DNA of 64,000 bases from Mobula hypostoma. Its lineage: Eukaryota. Positions 11,656 through 23,384 of the stretch are shown here, piece by piece; the first letter of the stretch is position 1, and each line of letters starts with the position of its first letter. The notes beneath the pieces are model-generated. The model was given only the letters and a program-made list of their open reading frames with translations. It searched no databases and was not told where the DNA came from. The stretch covers positions 112,346,001 through 112,410,000 of the forward strand of contig NC_086107.1 in the NCBI RefSeq assembly GCF_963921235.1. Reading direction: 5' to 3'. The position numbers and the translations under genes were made by a program.

Positions 11656-11684
11656 TCTAAATCACACATTTAGAATATTAATGA

Positions 11685-12600
11685 TAATAATAACTTTATT
11701 TATAGGGCATTTTTCATACAGTTCAAAGTCCTTTACATTGGGTTAGAAGTACAAAATATGAAAATATAATAAAAAATAAAAATAATCATGAAAATAAAAG
11801 ACAAAAAGATGTTGGTTAAATAAATAGGTTTTGATGTGGCACTTAAAAATGTGAACCAAGTCAGTATTCCTTATAGTTCCACAGTTTAGGAGCACAGTTC
11901 AAAAAAAGCTGAGCTAACAATTATCCTTCGAGGGAGATCGGTTAAATTTGCGAGACCGGCAGAGGAAGACCGGATCATACTCAGGCAGGATCATATAAAA
12001 CAAAAACGATTCTGTGATGTACTCTGGTCCCAAACCATTCATTCATTCGTTATGTCCCATATTGTGTGATGTCGGTGACCATGATCTTTCCAAGACCATG
12101 TTTGTAGTTGGGAATTTTTTCTATGGAAGTGGTTTGTCACTGCCTTCTTCTGGGCAGTGTCTTTACGATATGGCTGACCCAGCCATTATCAATAATCTTC
12201 AGAGATTGTCTGTCTGGCATCTGCGGTCGCAAAACCAGGACCAGTGATATGCACCAGCTGCTCATGCGCCCATCCACCACCTGGTCCTGTGGCTTCACGT
12301 GACCCAGATCGGGGTGACTGACCTTGCCCAAGGGTGACCTGCAGGTTAGCAGAGGAAAGGAGTGCCTTACACCTCCTTTGGTAGAGCCATATCTCCACCC
12401 CAACACCCATCCCAGACCACTAAGAGCTTTAAGAACAAGAAAGAGAACTTTAAAATCAATTCTAAAAGGTACAGGAACCCAATGCAGAGCAGAGAGTGAT
12501 ATGCTCCCTCATCCTAGTTTTGGTTGAAAGTTTAGCAGCAGCAATTTGAATGAGTTGAAGTTTATCAGAGATTGCTTTGAAAGGCCAGTAAAAAGTTCAT
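11685..12600 (-). mobile_element. L2 LINE 3' fragment interrupted by a SINE
   Basis: Reverse frame DKLQLIQIAAAKL..LSALHWVPVPFRIDFKVLFLVLKAL; tail tataaataaagttattatt. Confidence 0.75.
12035..12410 (-). mobile_element. SINE-like element with RTE-type 3' tail
   Basis: Reverse complement has the RTE-tail motif gaaggcagtgacaaaccacttcc and a (GAAT)n end; near-TSD cccaaacca/cccagacca. Confidence 0.6.
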
Positions 12601-13389
12601 TGCAAACTCATTACATCTGAAAATTCAGAGGCAGAAAAACTAGTGGTGTCTACATTACTGTTCTGCCTTTCCCCCAATTGATTCATATTAAACACATTCA
12701 GCTTTAATTTTAATGAGCAGTTTCAGATCACTTCCTGTGCAGCCAGGAGGTAGTAAGTGGGAAAGCACATTGGCTGGCAGGAGGCCTGAGGTTTATGTTA
12801 GGAGAAAAATAATTTTCTATCTAAAGCCATTCTGTAGTTTCCCCTGTAGAAACATTACTTGTAAGTTGACGTTATATTGATTAGAAATTATTTTAAAGTA
12901 TCAATAAGATTTTGTTGAAATAGAATGTTATTTTTTGAGTTTTTTAGAAACTAACCTAGATGCTAATGGTTTACATATACTACTTACCTATAATATTTAC
13001 TTGTCGGAACCCTATAGTATTTACCTGCAGGAAACTTAACTCAAGTTCTTACTGTGTATATTTGCTTGTGTGAACAGAGCAATGCAGTAATTACACTGTA
13101 TTTTGCTGTTTTTCAGTTTTACTCCTTATTCGCTATCTCATGTCATTGAGTCTGGGATAAACCCAAGGAGCTAGGAGCCTATACCCTGACTCTCACATCA
13201 ATTTTGAATGGAGTTTGGCTGACTGTCCAGTCGATGTTACAATACCTCAGTGAGGGCAGTACAGTTAGGCATAAAAAAAAAATTTTTAAATTCACCTATG
13301 TTGTAAAAATATCAAAGGGTATTTATAGGATTATGCTATTGTTATGTAGATTATTTTTGTAAGTAGGCACACTTACATGAGTTTAGTTA

Positions 13390-13577
13390 CTCCTCCCCAT
13401 ACCTTGTGGCAACCTTGCTGTTTCTTTAGCGTTTGTCTGTATTTTTATGAGGCTGAATTGTCAGCTCGACACTCAACCCAGCACCGATAGAAGGTATACA
13501 AGGAGCTGGGCGGATTCGAACCTGAGACCACTCGCATCGAAGTCAGATGCTGATACCACTACACCTCCAGCCAGCTA
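13390..13577 (-). mobile_element. tRNA-derived SINE (family B)
   Basis: Similar to 8530-8718; B box ggttcgaatcc on -. Confidence 0.7.
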
Positions 13578-13654
13578 GGTGAGTTTGAACTATTTGATTA
13601 ATAACTGCCTTTATATATGTAAAAAAGATTTAAATTATGACAAGGCATATCAGT

Positions 13655-14080
13655 TCAAATATTATGACTTATAATATTGAGTAACCCCAGCTTCCTAGAT
13701 TTAATTGAATCCCATCCATCAGAATGATGGATTTTAGCTGTTTCTTTCAGAATATGATCAGTTATGTCTTCAGACACATCAGGTATGTAAGTACAACACT
13801 CCTTGCCTACAACAGCACATGTTCCACCTTGACTGCTAAAGAGAAGATCTAATACCATACAATTTTTAAGAAGCATTTTATGCATGGTGACTATTTCAGA
13901 GTCTGTGGTATATATTGAAGTACCCAACAGCTGAAGGCTTTTGAACAGCATTGACAAATTCACGTGATAGTCACAAGCATGGTTATGAGTCATCTCATGA
14001 TGAGCCAAATGGCACATCGTAAGTAGGGAAAATTGGTAGAAATATAACAAAAATATTAGAGTAAACTTCATCATGTCCAA
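13655..14080 (-). pseudogene. env: ERV env remnant ORF (141 aa): signal peptide fused to TM ectodomain
   Basis: N-terminus MMKFTLIFLLYFYQFSLLTMC; ISD LLKNCMVLDLLFSSQGG; CX6CC CAVVGKECC then TYIPD. An anchor-like segment (LGSWGYSIL*VIIFELICLVII) lies in a shifted frame. Confidence 0.85.
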
Positions 14081-15910
14081 TTCGAAGTCTTCTGGCTAGT
14101 TAGAGAGTTTCTCACTGCAGCCCAGCACTGTGACCAAGAGGTTACAAGCATCTTAACCACAGTGCTTATTGTCTTCATCGAGTTCCACCTTCGTTCGCTT
14201 GTAGTGACTGGCATATATCGCTCTACTTTCACTGCAGAGTTAGTAAATGACAGCACTTGATTAGGACCTTCCCATTGACCTCCCAGTGGTTCCTTGTGTG
14301 GTTTCTTAATCAGGACCCACTCACCAGGAATCAGGGTGAGTCCTCCTCTTGTTCGATCACTCCAAGCAGCAGAAATCTGTTGAGAAGCAGCTTGGGTTAA
14401 TTTCACACAATGATTAACTAAACTCTCTACTGTAACGTGTATATCAGCCTCTCTGAGATCAAGTGACTGAGGACATTTGGTTACCACTTCAAATAGACTT
14501 GGTTTAGTTTTCTTCTTTGGGGTTACTCTGATGCTACAACAGACCATAGGAAGAGCTGTCGGCCATGGTACCTCCTCATGATGCTTGGCTCGTCATTGTT
14601 TGAAGATTCCATTCACTCGTTCAACTTGTCCCGCTGACTCTGGGTGATGTGGATAGTGAAAGGACAAATCAATGTTCATCAGTCAACATAATTCCTGACA
14701 AACATTCCGAGTGAAATGTGTTCCTTGGTCAGAGTCAATGTGACGTGGCAACCCCCATCTAGGAATATTGTCCTTGATCAGAGTTTTTGCTGTGTGAGTG
14801 GCACTGGCTTTCCTTGTTGAAATCGCTTCCACCCATCTTGAAGACTTGTCCACTATTACCGCTACGTCTGAGTATCCTCGGCACTGAGAAGTGGCAGATG
14901 GAGTTCAACCCGGAGAAGTGTGAGGTGGTACACTTTGGAAGGACAAACTCCAAGGCAGAGTACAAAGTAAATGGCAGGATACTTGGTAGTGTTGAGGGAT
15001 CTCGGGGTACATGTCTACAGATCCCTGAAAGTTGCCTCACAGGTGGATAGGATAGTTAAGAAAGCTTATGGGGTGTTAGCTTATGGGGTGTCGAGGGATA
15101 GAGTTTAAGAGTTGCAATGTAATGATGCAGCTCTATAAAACTCTGGTTAGGCCACACTTGGAGTACTGTGTCCAGTTCTGGTCACCTCACTATAGGAAGG
15201 ATGTGGAAGCATTGGAAAGGGTACAGAAGAGATCTACCAGGATGCTGCCTGGTTTAGAGATTATGGATTACGATCAGAGATTAAGGGAGCTAAGGTTTTA
15301 CTCTTTGGAGAGAAGGAGGATAAGAGGACACATGATAGAGGTGTACAAGATAATAAGAGGAATAGATAGTGTGGATAGCCAGCGCCTCTTCCCCAGGGCA
15401 CCACTGCTCAATACAAGAGGACATGGCTTTAAGGTAAGGGGTGGGAAGTTCAAGGGGAATATTAGAGGAAGGTTTTTTACTCAGAGATTGGTTGGTGCGT
15501 GGAATGCACTGCCTGAATCAGTGGTGGAGGCAGATACACTAGTGAAGTTTAAGAGACTACTAGACAGGTATATGGAGGAATTTAAGGTGGGGGCTTATAT
15601 GGGAGGCAGGGTTGGAGGGTCGGAACAACATTGTGGGCCGAAGGGCCTGTACTGTGCTGTACTATTCTATGTTCTATGTTCACTTCGGTAAAGAAATGTA
15701 GTCCACCTGTAGGTGTGAAAATGGACCAGGTGGGGCAGGAGCACATATTGTGGTAGCTTTTCCACTGCTCCAGTGTTAGTTTTCTGATATGTCATGCATC
15801 TTTCAAGCATTCCTTGAGCTTGTGCCCTGGACTTTGGATTCCACCACCATTGGGAGAATCTGCTGGTCACCTCTTCCAATCCAGTGTGTCCAGAGGGTGT
15901 ATCTGCTGTG
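14071..15910 (-). pseudogene. pol: ERV pol integrase domain (stops; split by CR1 14886-15680)
   Basis: PGPFSHLQVDYISLPK|CRGYSDVAVIVDKSSRWVEA..PRWGLPRHIDSDQGTHFT..HPESAGQVERVNG..WEGPNQVL; N-terminal WWNP..C region. Confidence 0.9.
14886..15680 (+). mobile_element. CR1 3' fragment inserted into the ERV integrase
   Basis: ORFs 14787-15050 and 15083-15691 (WQMEFNPEKCEV, RPHLEYCVQFWSP); (TTCTATG)n tail; CACT on both sides. Confidence 0.93.
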
Positions 15911-16199
15911 TCAGATAAGGAAGCAATGTAGTTGGAGCTACTAGTCTATGACTAGTGCCATATCCACATGTTCCATCACTGCTTAACTTCCCACCATTCT
16001 CCATCCAGAAGCACTATTCCTGGTTAGAGCCATGAGGTTGCATCCCTTGAATACCTTGTATGTTGGTCTGTGATACAGAGTCCAGTTTCATTTCCATAAC
16101 TTCAGTTGTCAAGTTCACTGCCTATGTTCTCGGTGCTTCTTTTAATTCTTTGACCTTTTAACTACTTTTTATTTATTTTATTTCTTTTGCCTCTTCCCG

Positions 16200-17150
16200 T
16201 GTTGCTATTTGTGCAACTTTATCGGTGAATGCTTATCCATGGCTTTCCATTGTAGTCACATTGGAATGGCTTTTTCATTTTAATAAGCCACTTGTGTTGG
16301 TAATTGTATCCCATTTATGAGTCCTTGTACACGTTGGCCAATCTTGACTGGGGTTCCCACACCCGAAAGAAATCCTCTTTGACTCTATACTTTTCCAGGA
16401 TCATGAACAACTCCAAAGGCGTATCAAGAATCAGTGTGGATATTAACTGATCTTCCTCCTGCCAGCTTACAGGCTTCAATCAAAGCGTTTAGTTCTGCCT
16501 GTTGCACAGAGGTGCCAGGAGCCCTGCTTCCTGATACTAGCTCTTCAGTTTCAGAAACAATGGTCCATCCGGCTGTTTGAATTCTTCCTTTCATCATTGG
16601 AGAGCCATCGGTGTACTGAAGCATGTCTAGATGCAATAGAGGTGTTTCCTTGTAATAATCTGCATCTTTATGGCATGTCATTATTCTTGCACAGTTATGG
16701 TGTTGGTGCGTGGTCAAGTGGTTAAGGCGTCGGTCTAGTGATCTGAAGGTCGCTAGTTCTAGCCTCAGCTGAGGCAGCGTGTTGTGTCCTTGAGCAAGGC
16801 ACCTAACCACACGTTGCTCTGCGATGACACTGGTGCCAAGCTGTATTGTCCCTTCCCTTGGACAACATCGGTGGCATGGAGAGGGGAGACTTGCAGCATG
16901 GGCAACTGCCGGTCTTCCGTACAACCTTGCCCAGGCCTGCGCCCTGGAAACCTTCCAAGGCACAAATCCATGGTCTCATGAGACTAACGAATGCCTATAT
17001 ATGGTCATCATAGTCCAACAAGAATTCAGGACATCCATTCCCAATCAATAAGTTAACATCTGGGATTTTGCTTTATCAAGGTAAGCAAAGGCTGCAGGGA
17101 GGAGGTTAGTCATCTTTGAATCCAATAATACATCCACTACATCCAAAATC
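16200..17150 (-). pseudogene. pol: ERV pol connection/RNase H domain (split by a SINE)
   Basis: YTDGS..AGWTIV..GTSVQQAELNALIEACKLAGGRSVNIHTDS*YAFGVVH. Confidence 0.85.
16700..16998 (+). mobile_element. tRNA-headed CORE-type SINE with RTE-like tail (family A)
   Basis: A box tggtcaagtgg; CORE-like gtgtccttgagcaaggcacctaacc; TATGG at both flanks; highly similar copy at 51125-51435. Confidence 0.8.
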
Positions 17151-17399
17151 TGATGACGGAGGGGAAGAAGCTGTTCCTGAAACATTGAGTGTGTGCCTTC
17201 AGGTTCCTGTACCAGCTCCCTGATGGGAGCAATGAGAAGACAGCACGTCCTGGGTGATGGGGTCCTTAATGATGGAGGCTGCCTTTTTGAGGCATTGCCT
17301 TTTGAAGGTGTCCTGGACGCTGGGAGGCTAGTGCCCATGATAGAGCTGGCTGAGTTTACAACTTCCTGCAGCCTGGGATCAGAGACACGTGGCACAGAA

Positions 17400-17625
17400 T
17401 GCAAGATGGCTGGGGTCCCTTCACTGCCGCACCCTTTCTCCGCCTTCGCCGCCTTTGTGGTGTGTTGTCATCTTCCACCAGCTCCACCAATGAGCTCTCG
17501 ATTGGATCGCTTTTTGCCTGGGACCTCCTCCTTGACCTTACCACCATGGGTGACCCTACCACAGGCTAAGCTCCAGGCGACCTCTCCACAAGGAGAGGGT
17601 AGAGTCCAGCAACACCACAACACAG
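17400..17625 (-). mobile_element. RTE 5'-region-derived fragment
   Basis: Reverse complement ggtagggtcacccatggtggtaaggtcaagg..ggagctggtggaagatg resembles 5350-5440. Confidence 0.5.
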
Positions 17626-18275
17626 AAACAGGTACTTCGATGCATCTAGCCCGTGTCAAACCATTAATCTGCCTAGTCCTATTGACCTGCACCAGGACCA
17701 TCGTCCTCCATACCCCTCCCATTTATGTACCCATCCAACATTGAAATTGAACCCACATCCACCACTTGTGCTGGCAGCTCATTCCACCTGCCCACGATCC
17801 TTCTTTACGACCAGAGTAAAGAAGTTCCCCTTAAACATTTCACCTTTCACCCTTAACCTGCACTATGACCTCTAGTTCTTGTCTCACCCAGCCTCAGTGG
17901 AAAAAGCCTGGTTGCATTTACCCTCTCTATACCCTTCAAATCCCCTCTCAGTCTTCTACGTTCCAAGGAATAAAGTTCTAACCTATTCAATCTTTCCTTA
18001 TAACTCAGGATACCCAGACCCCGCAATATCCTTGTAGATTTTCTTTGCACCCTTTCAATTTTATTTACATCTTTCCTGTAGGTGGGTGACCAAAACTGCA
18101 CAAAATACTCCAAATTAGGCCTCACCATTGTCTTATAGATTTTCAACATAGCATCCCAACTCCTGTACTCAATACATTGATTTATGAAGGCCAATGTGCC
18201 AAAAGCTTTCTTTATGACCCTGTCCACCTCTGACGCCACTTTCAAGGAATTATGAATCCGTATTCCCAGATTCCC
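17625..18275 (-). mobile_element. CR1 3' fragment
   Basis: ORF 17853-18245: RPNLEYFVQFWSP..LERRRLRGDL. Confidence 0.88.
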
Positions 18276-18529
18276 AGTGCTCTACTGCACTGACGATCCT
18301 CCGAGGAGAATATTCCTACTGTTTCTAGGCCGGCTTTGTGATGCTCTCCACCTCTATATGGCAAATATAGTTGTTCCTTCTGGCACTCTGCCACTGGCCT
18401 TCCAACTCTATTGTTCCACAGTTGGATTAATAAACACTGGTAGATTTACATTTCATGTATTAATCTAAACCCACTTGGGAAGCATTGAAGTTTTTTTTTA
18501 TTAATTCAAGTACTGATATCTCTTAACTT

Positions 18530-19095
18530 TGATGGATTGGCTGCATTGTGGCCTGGTTTGGGAGCAGCAACACCCTCGAGCAGGAAATCCTTCAAAAAGT
18601 AATGGATACAGCCCAGTCCATCACAGGTAAGGTCCTCCCAGCCGTTGAGCACATCTACATGAAACGCCGTCGTAGGAAAGCAGCATCCATCACCAGAGAT
18701 CCCTCACCACCCAGGTCATGCTCTCTTCTCACGGCTGCCGTCAGGTCGAAGGTCCAAGAGCCTCAGGATTCGCACCACCAGGTTCAAGAACAGTTACTAC
18801 CCCTCAACCATCAGGCTCTTGAACAAAAGGGGATAACTACATTCATCTACTGAGATGTTCCCACAGCCAATGATCTCACTTTAAGTACTCTTTATCTTGT
18901 TATTTCATGTTCTCATGATTTATTGTTATTTATTTATATTTGCATTTCCACAGTTTGCTGTCTTCTACGCTCTTGCTCTTAAATTGATCCAGTTTACAGT
19001 TACTATTCTATAGATTTGCTGAGTATGCCCGCAGGAAAAATAATCTCAGGCGGTGACATGTATGTACTGTGATAATAAATTTTACTTTGAACTTT
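18530..19095 (+). mobile_element. Rex/Babar LINE 3' end
   Basis: ORF 18548-18853 (WFGSSN..LQKVMDTAQSITGKVLP); tail gataataaattttactttgaactt. Confidence 0.8.
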
Positions 19096-20194
19096 TTAGT
19101 CTTACAAAATTCCCGACCTTCCTTTGAAAGTAGAGGATCAGGCATGGGTTAGCGATGGAGAGCACTCCCGTCTCTGAACTAAATGACTGCGTTCACTCAC
19201 CAAGGTCCAGACCACCACACTGAACGGTACTCGGGGAGGGTGGTGCTGTTGTTAAACTCTGGATAGACTCCAAGTATTATGAGCAGGGTAGCTCTTAAAA
19301 GTCCTGTTTTTAGTTTATTCTTCTGGGCATGGCTCAGCACGTCATGGAAACCAGCCTCCTCTGGACTCTCTACATCACGAAAGGAGCCAACATAATCAAA
19401 ACAGCACCTACCCCAGCCGTTTTCTCTTCTCCCCTCTCCCTGCAGGCATGCGTTACAAAAGCCTAAATTACCTATCATCAGGCTGAGGAACAGCTTCTGC
19501 CCCACTGTCATAGACTAGGAAATGGTTCCCTTGTATGGTAAGATGGACTGTTGACCTCATAAGCTGCCTCATTATGAACTTGAACCTTATAGTCCACCTG
19601 CTTTGCACTTTCTTTGTAGCTGTTAGAATTTATTCTGTGTTCTGTCGTAACCTTGGCTTGTACTACCACAATGCATTGTGTAATGAATTGATTGCTATGA
19701 ACAGTATGCAAGACAGCCTTTTCACTGTACCTCAGTACATGTGACAATAATAAACCAATTCCAATTCCAATAAGATACATTGCTGCAGGAGTAGAGAAAT
19801 AGAGACCGGCTCTATGATAAATCCCAATTCTATGTTCAGGTAGAATCGGGTAGATTCGAATGGTGGAACAAACTTGACGGGCCAAATGGCCTAATCCTGT
19901 TCCTATATCTTACAATTTTAACATCAAGGCAGTGTGCTGACTCTTTGTAATCGACGCACTAACCTTCAGGATTATGGGATGTGATGGGGCAGGTGGCAGT
20001 TTCTACATCTTAACGTACAGCTTCACTTTACCCGTCCACAAGAGACGGCTATGTGGGTCAAATTAAGTATTCAAAAATTGTGTGACCTGGGGCTGGGTCT
20101 CAATGTTATGGCTGAGCAGCCAACTATGTTGGAACCACAGTGGGATGGGGTAGTGTTGTGGAGGGTTTGGGGTGAAAGACCTCTGCCGTTGTTT

Positions 20195-20445
20195 TTAAGG
20201 AGTTTGTATGTTCTCCCCATCGGTCATATAAGTTTCCTCCAGGTGCTCTGGTTTCCTCCCACGTTCCAAAGACATGCAGATTGGTAAGGGTTAGTGAGAT
20301 GTGGCCATGCTACGTTAGAAACAGAAGCTTGACAAAACGTGTAGGCTGCCCCCAGCACAATCCTTAGATCATGTTGGTTGTTGATGTAAAATTGACACAT
20401 TTCACTCTCTGTTTTAATGTACACGTGACAAATAAAGCTAATCAA
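20195..20445 (+). mobile_element. V-SINE-type element
   Basis: ggagtttgtatgttctcccc..ggtgctctggtttcctcccacgttccaaagac core; tail gtgacaaataaagc. Confidence 0.7.
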
Positions 20446-21134
20446 TGCCATCTTTGTTTGATATCATCAAAAGCCGTTATGTCCACATGTTTGGACCAGT
20501 GCAAATTGATGCCGTTAATTACATCTAGGAACTTGAAGTTCTCAACCATCTCCTCGTCAACACTATTGATACGGACAAGGGGTGTGTCCTCCACTCTGCT
20601 TCCTGAACTCAATAGCCAGCTTATTTGTTTTAACATTGAGGGAGAAGTTGTTGCCAAGTGCTTTCAGTCCTTCAGTTCAGTACAATGTGGCATTGTTTCT
20701 GGACTCAATGGTGTCTGGTGGTAGCGAGGGAGATTAATTGCACTAGCTTCTGATAATTGCAGCAGATGAGGCTTTGTAAGGAATTGGTCAGATCGCACTC
20801 GGAGTTTTGTGAGCAGTTTTGGGCCATTTATCCAAGAAAGGACAAGAGAGCTCAGACTCAGAATAGAAGGGCGACCCTTTACAACAGAGATGAGGCTGAT
20901 TCCACTAGTTCTTTCAATTTCAGAATCAGAATTGGAATCACTGGCACATGCTATGAAATTTGTTGTTTGTTGGCAGCAGTACATTGCAATACATAATAAT
21001 AAAAACTACAAATTACAATAAGAAGTAAATACATTAAAATTAAATTAATTAAGTAGTGCAAATAAAGAGGTTTAAAAAAGCAGGTAGTGTTCCATTCAGA
21101 AATCTGATGGCGATAGTGAAGAAATTGTTTTTGA

Positions 21135-21505
21135 AACAGAAACATAGAAACATAGAAAACCTACAGCACAATACAGGCCCTTCAGCCCACAAAGCTGTGC
21201 CGAACATGTCCTTACCTTAGAAATTACTAGGGTTACCCATAGCCCTGTATTTTTCTAAGCTCCATGTACCTATCCAGAAGTCTCTTAAAAGACCCTACCG
21301 TATCTGCCTCCACCACCGTCACTGGCAGCCCATTCCAAGCACTCACCACTCTCTGCATAAAAAAACTTACCCCTGACATCTCCTCTGTACCTACTTCCAA
21401 ACACCTTAAGACTGTGCCCTCTCATGTTAGCCATTTCAGCCCTGGGAAAAGGCCTCTGACTATCCACACGATCAATGCCTCTCATCATCTTGTACACCTC
21501 TATCA
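21135..21505 (-). mobile_element. CR1 3' fragment
   Basis: (AGAAACAT)n tail; ORF 21285-21506 MIEVYKMMRGIDRVDSQR. Confidence 0.88.
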
Positions 21506-21854
21506 TCTATGTATCATTGACGTGTGTCTTCAGACTCCTCTAACATTGGTATAGCAAAGGAGCTGGACTTGTTGCGTACCGTTGTGCTGAGATGGCGCGA
21601 GTGTTTATCTTGGACATTTTTATTGTGATTGCCAGACCCTGTTGCACATTGGTGACGTACAATACTGCAAATCTACTCATTGGCGAGGCAGAAGACCCGG
21701 CAGCCTCGGTTGTGGTGAGGACTCAGCCTTGACCGTGGTGTCGCATCAGACGCAGCGCCCTGTTGCAGCTGCCCAGGTGAGAGAGCAGATGCCTCTGCTG
21801 GGCGTGTTGGAATCTTGCTGTGTCGTTGGGGGGAGTCTGGCCCCTCCCGTCACT

Positions 21855-21989
21855 GCTGCCCTCCAGTGCTCACTCGGTGCTGCTCTCCAGTGTTCGCTCA
21901 ATGCTGCTCTCCAGTACTTGCTCGGTGCTGCTCTCCAGTGTTCGCTCGGTGCTGCCCTCCAGTGCTTGCTCGGTGCTGTTCCTCAGTGT
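21855..21989. repeat. 24-bp minisatellite, about 5.5 copies (GCTGCTCTCCAGTGTTCGCTCGGT)
   Basis: Visible tandem units; they give the AALQCSLG repeats in ORF 21642-22007. Confidence 0.9.
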
Positions 21990-23384
21990 AAGCTCAGTGT
22001 AACCTAAACCAGAACAATTTGCAATCATGCCACTCAAGGGCTTGGGCTATAATTCATTTCTTTGTGACTGTATGTTTTTCTGAAATTCTAACCATATGTG
22101 CTGTGTGTTATTTGCAGTGTGCTGTGCGCTGTTGGTAATATGCTTTGCAACTTGGTCTCAGAGGAACGCTGTTTTGTTTAGCCATGTTCATGTATGGTTG
22201 AATGATAATTAAACTTTAACTTGAACTCCTCCTTGATAGTAGCAATGAGAAGGGGGAATGTCCTGGGTAATGAGAGTCCTTAATGATGGATGCCGCCTTT
22301 TGGAGACGTCACTTTTTGAAGGTGGCGTGGATGTTGGGGAGGCTAATGCCAATGATGGAGCAGGCTGAGCTTACAACTTTCTGCAGCTTTTTCCAATCCT
22401 GTGCAGTGGCGTTTCAACATCCCAAAGGCAGGTTGGCCACTGTGAATTATCCCTTGCTGTGTATTAATGGCAAAAAGAGTCAATATCTGAAAGAGAAGGT
22501 GGAGCAGGGTAAAAAGCAGAAGGGGAATGGGACTCGTAGCATGGACACACTGGACCGAATCGTCTCCTTCTGTGTTGTAATAAAGGATGTGATGGGAGAT
22601 CAGGTGCTTTCAGAATGACTGGCAGTAGTAGCCACAGAATTTCTGCCACTGAGAGGCAGGTTGAATTGTACGGGTTGCTTCATGAGGAAGGAGATTTACA
22701 CAGTGTGACCTTTTGTGATTTAATCACTGCAGATCCTGACGAAAACGCACGACAAGCAGTGGCTCCAATCACTTTTATTACGCGCTTAACTGGATTTATT
22801 AACTCTTGCCTTCCTGCTCCTGCCCGATGGCAGATGAAGGCAGAGGACTGAACTGCTGGCTGCTAAACAGGGAGATGCCCCTGACAGAAACACGTCGCCA
22901 TAGTGACATGGTCAGATAGCTCCATCAAGGGAGGAAAAGTGGCCATCTTAATGGAAAATTGCCTCAGTGTCCATTCCACTTATATAAGGCCAGTACTGAT
23001 TTTTTCAGACAATATTTCCACTGGAAAAATTCAGAATGCAGTTAATACCTAGTCTCTGTGCATTAACGCAATTCCTCTTGTCCCCACTGCCTTGTGTGGG
23101 GAGAGTAAATGGGGGAGAGTGCACCATTCTCTAACACCCTCTCTTCCCAACATTCTAAATAGCCACCCATCCAGGAATTAAAGCACTGGCCAATATCCTC
23201 GTTGTAAACTTCATTAAATTAAGCAGAACACTATTTGTAGGGATTCATCCACTCACCAGGCAGGCAGTTTGCAGAATATAATGAATCCTAATTAACTGCC
23301 AATGCTATTGTCCGGATTTCACCGAGCCATTTGTAGGTTGTTAGACTGCAAAGTGCATTTAAACCACGAGGGACACTGAGACGG

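Larger units (their letters stand above)
13580..17150 (-). mobile_element. Degenerate class I (gamma/epsilon-like) endogenous retrovirus internal region: RNase H, integrase, env
   Basis: Collinear RNase H, HHCC-like, DDE, GPY/F and env TM (ISD plus CX6CC) motifs with stops and frameshifts; interrupted by a CR1 and a SINE. LTRs not identified. Confidence 0.9.

Noticed and set aside
12300..12410. HDV-like ribozyme in RTE-related 5' ends (also 5286-5400, 56330-56430)
   Set aside because: I could not assemble the nested double pseudoknot by eye; a descriptor or covariance-model search would be needed.
12845..13390. 3' LTR of the ERV
   Set aside because: No minus-strand polypurine tract, clear TG..CA termini or second copy could be identified.
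16700..16775. tRNA genes in SINE heads (also 8650-8718, 51710-51780)
   Set aside because: No complete cloverleaf; contiguous with SINE bodies and TSDs.
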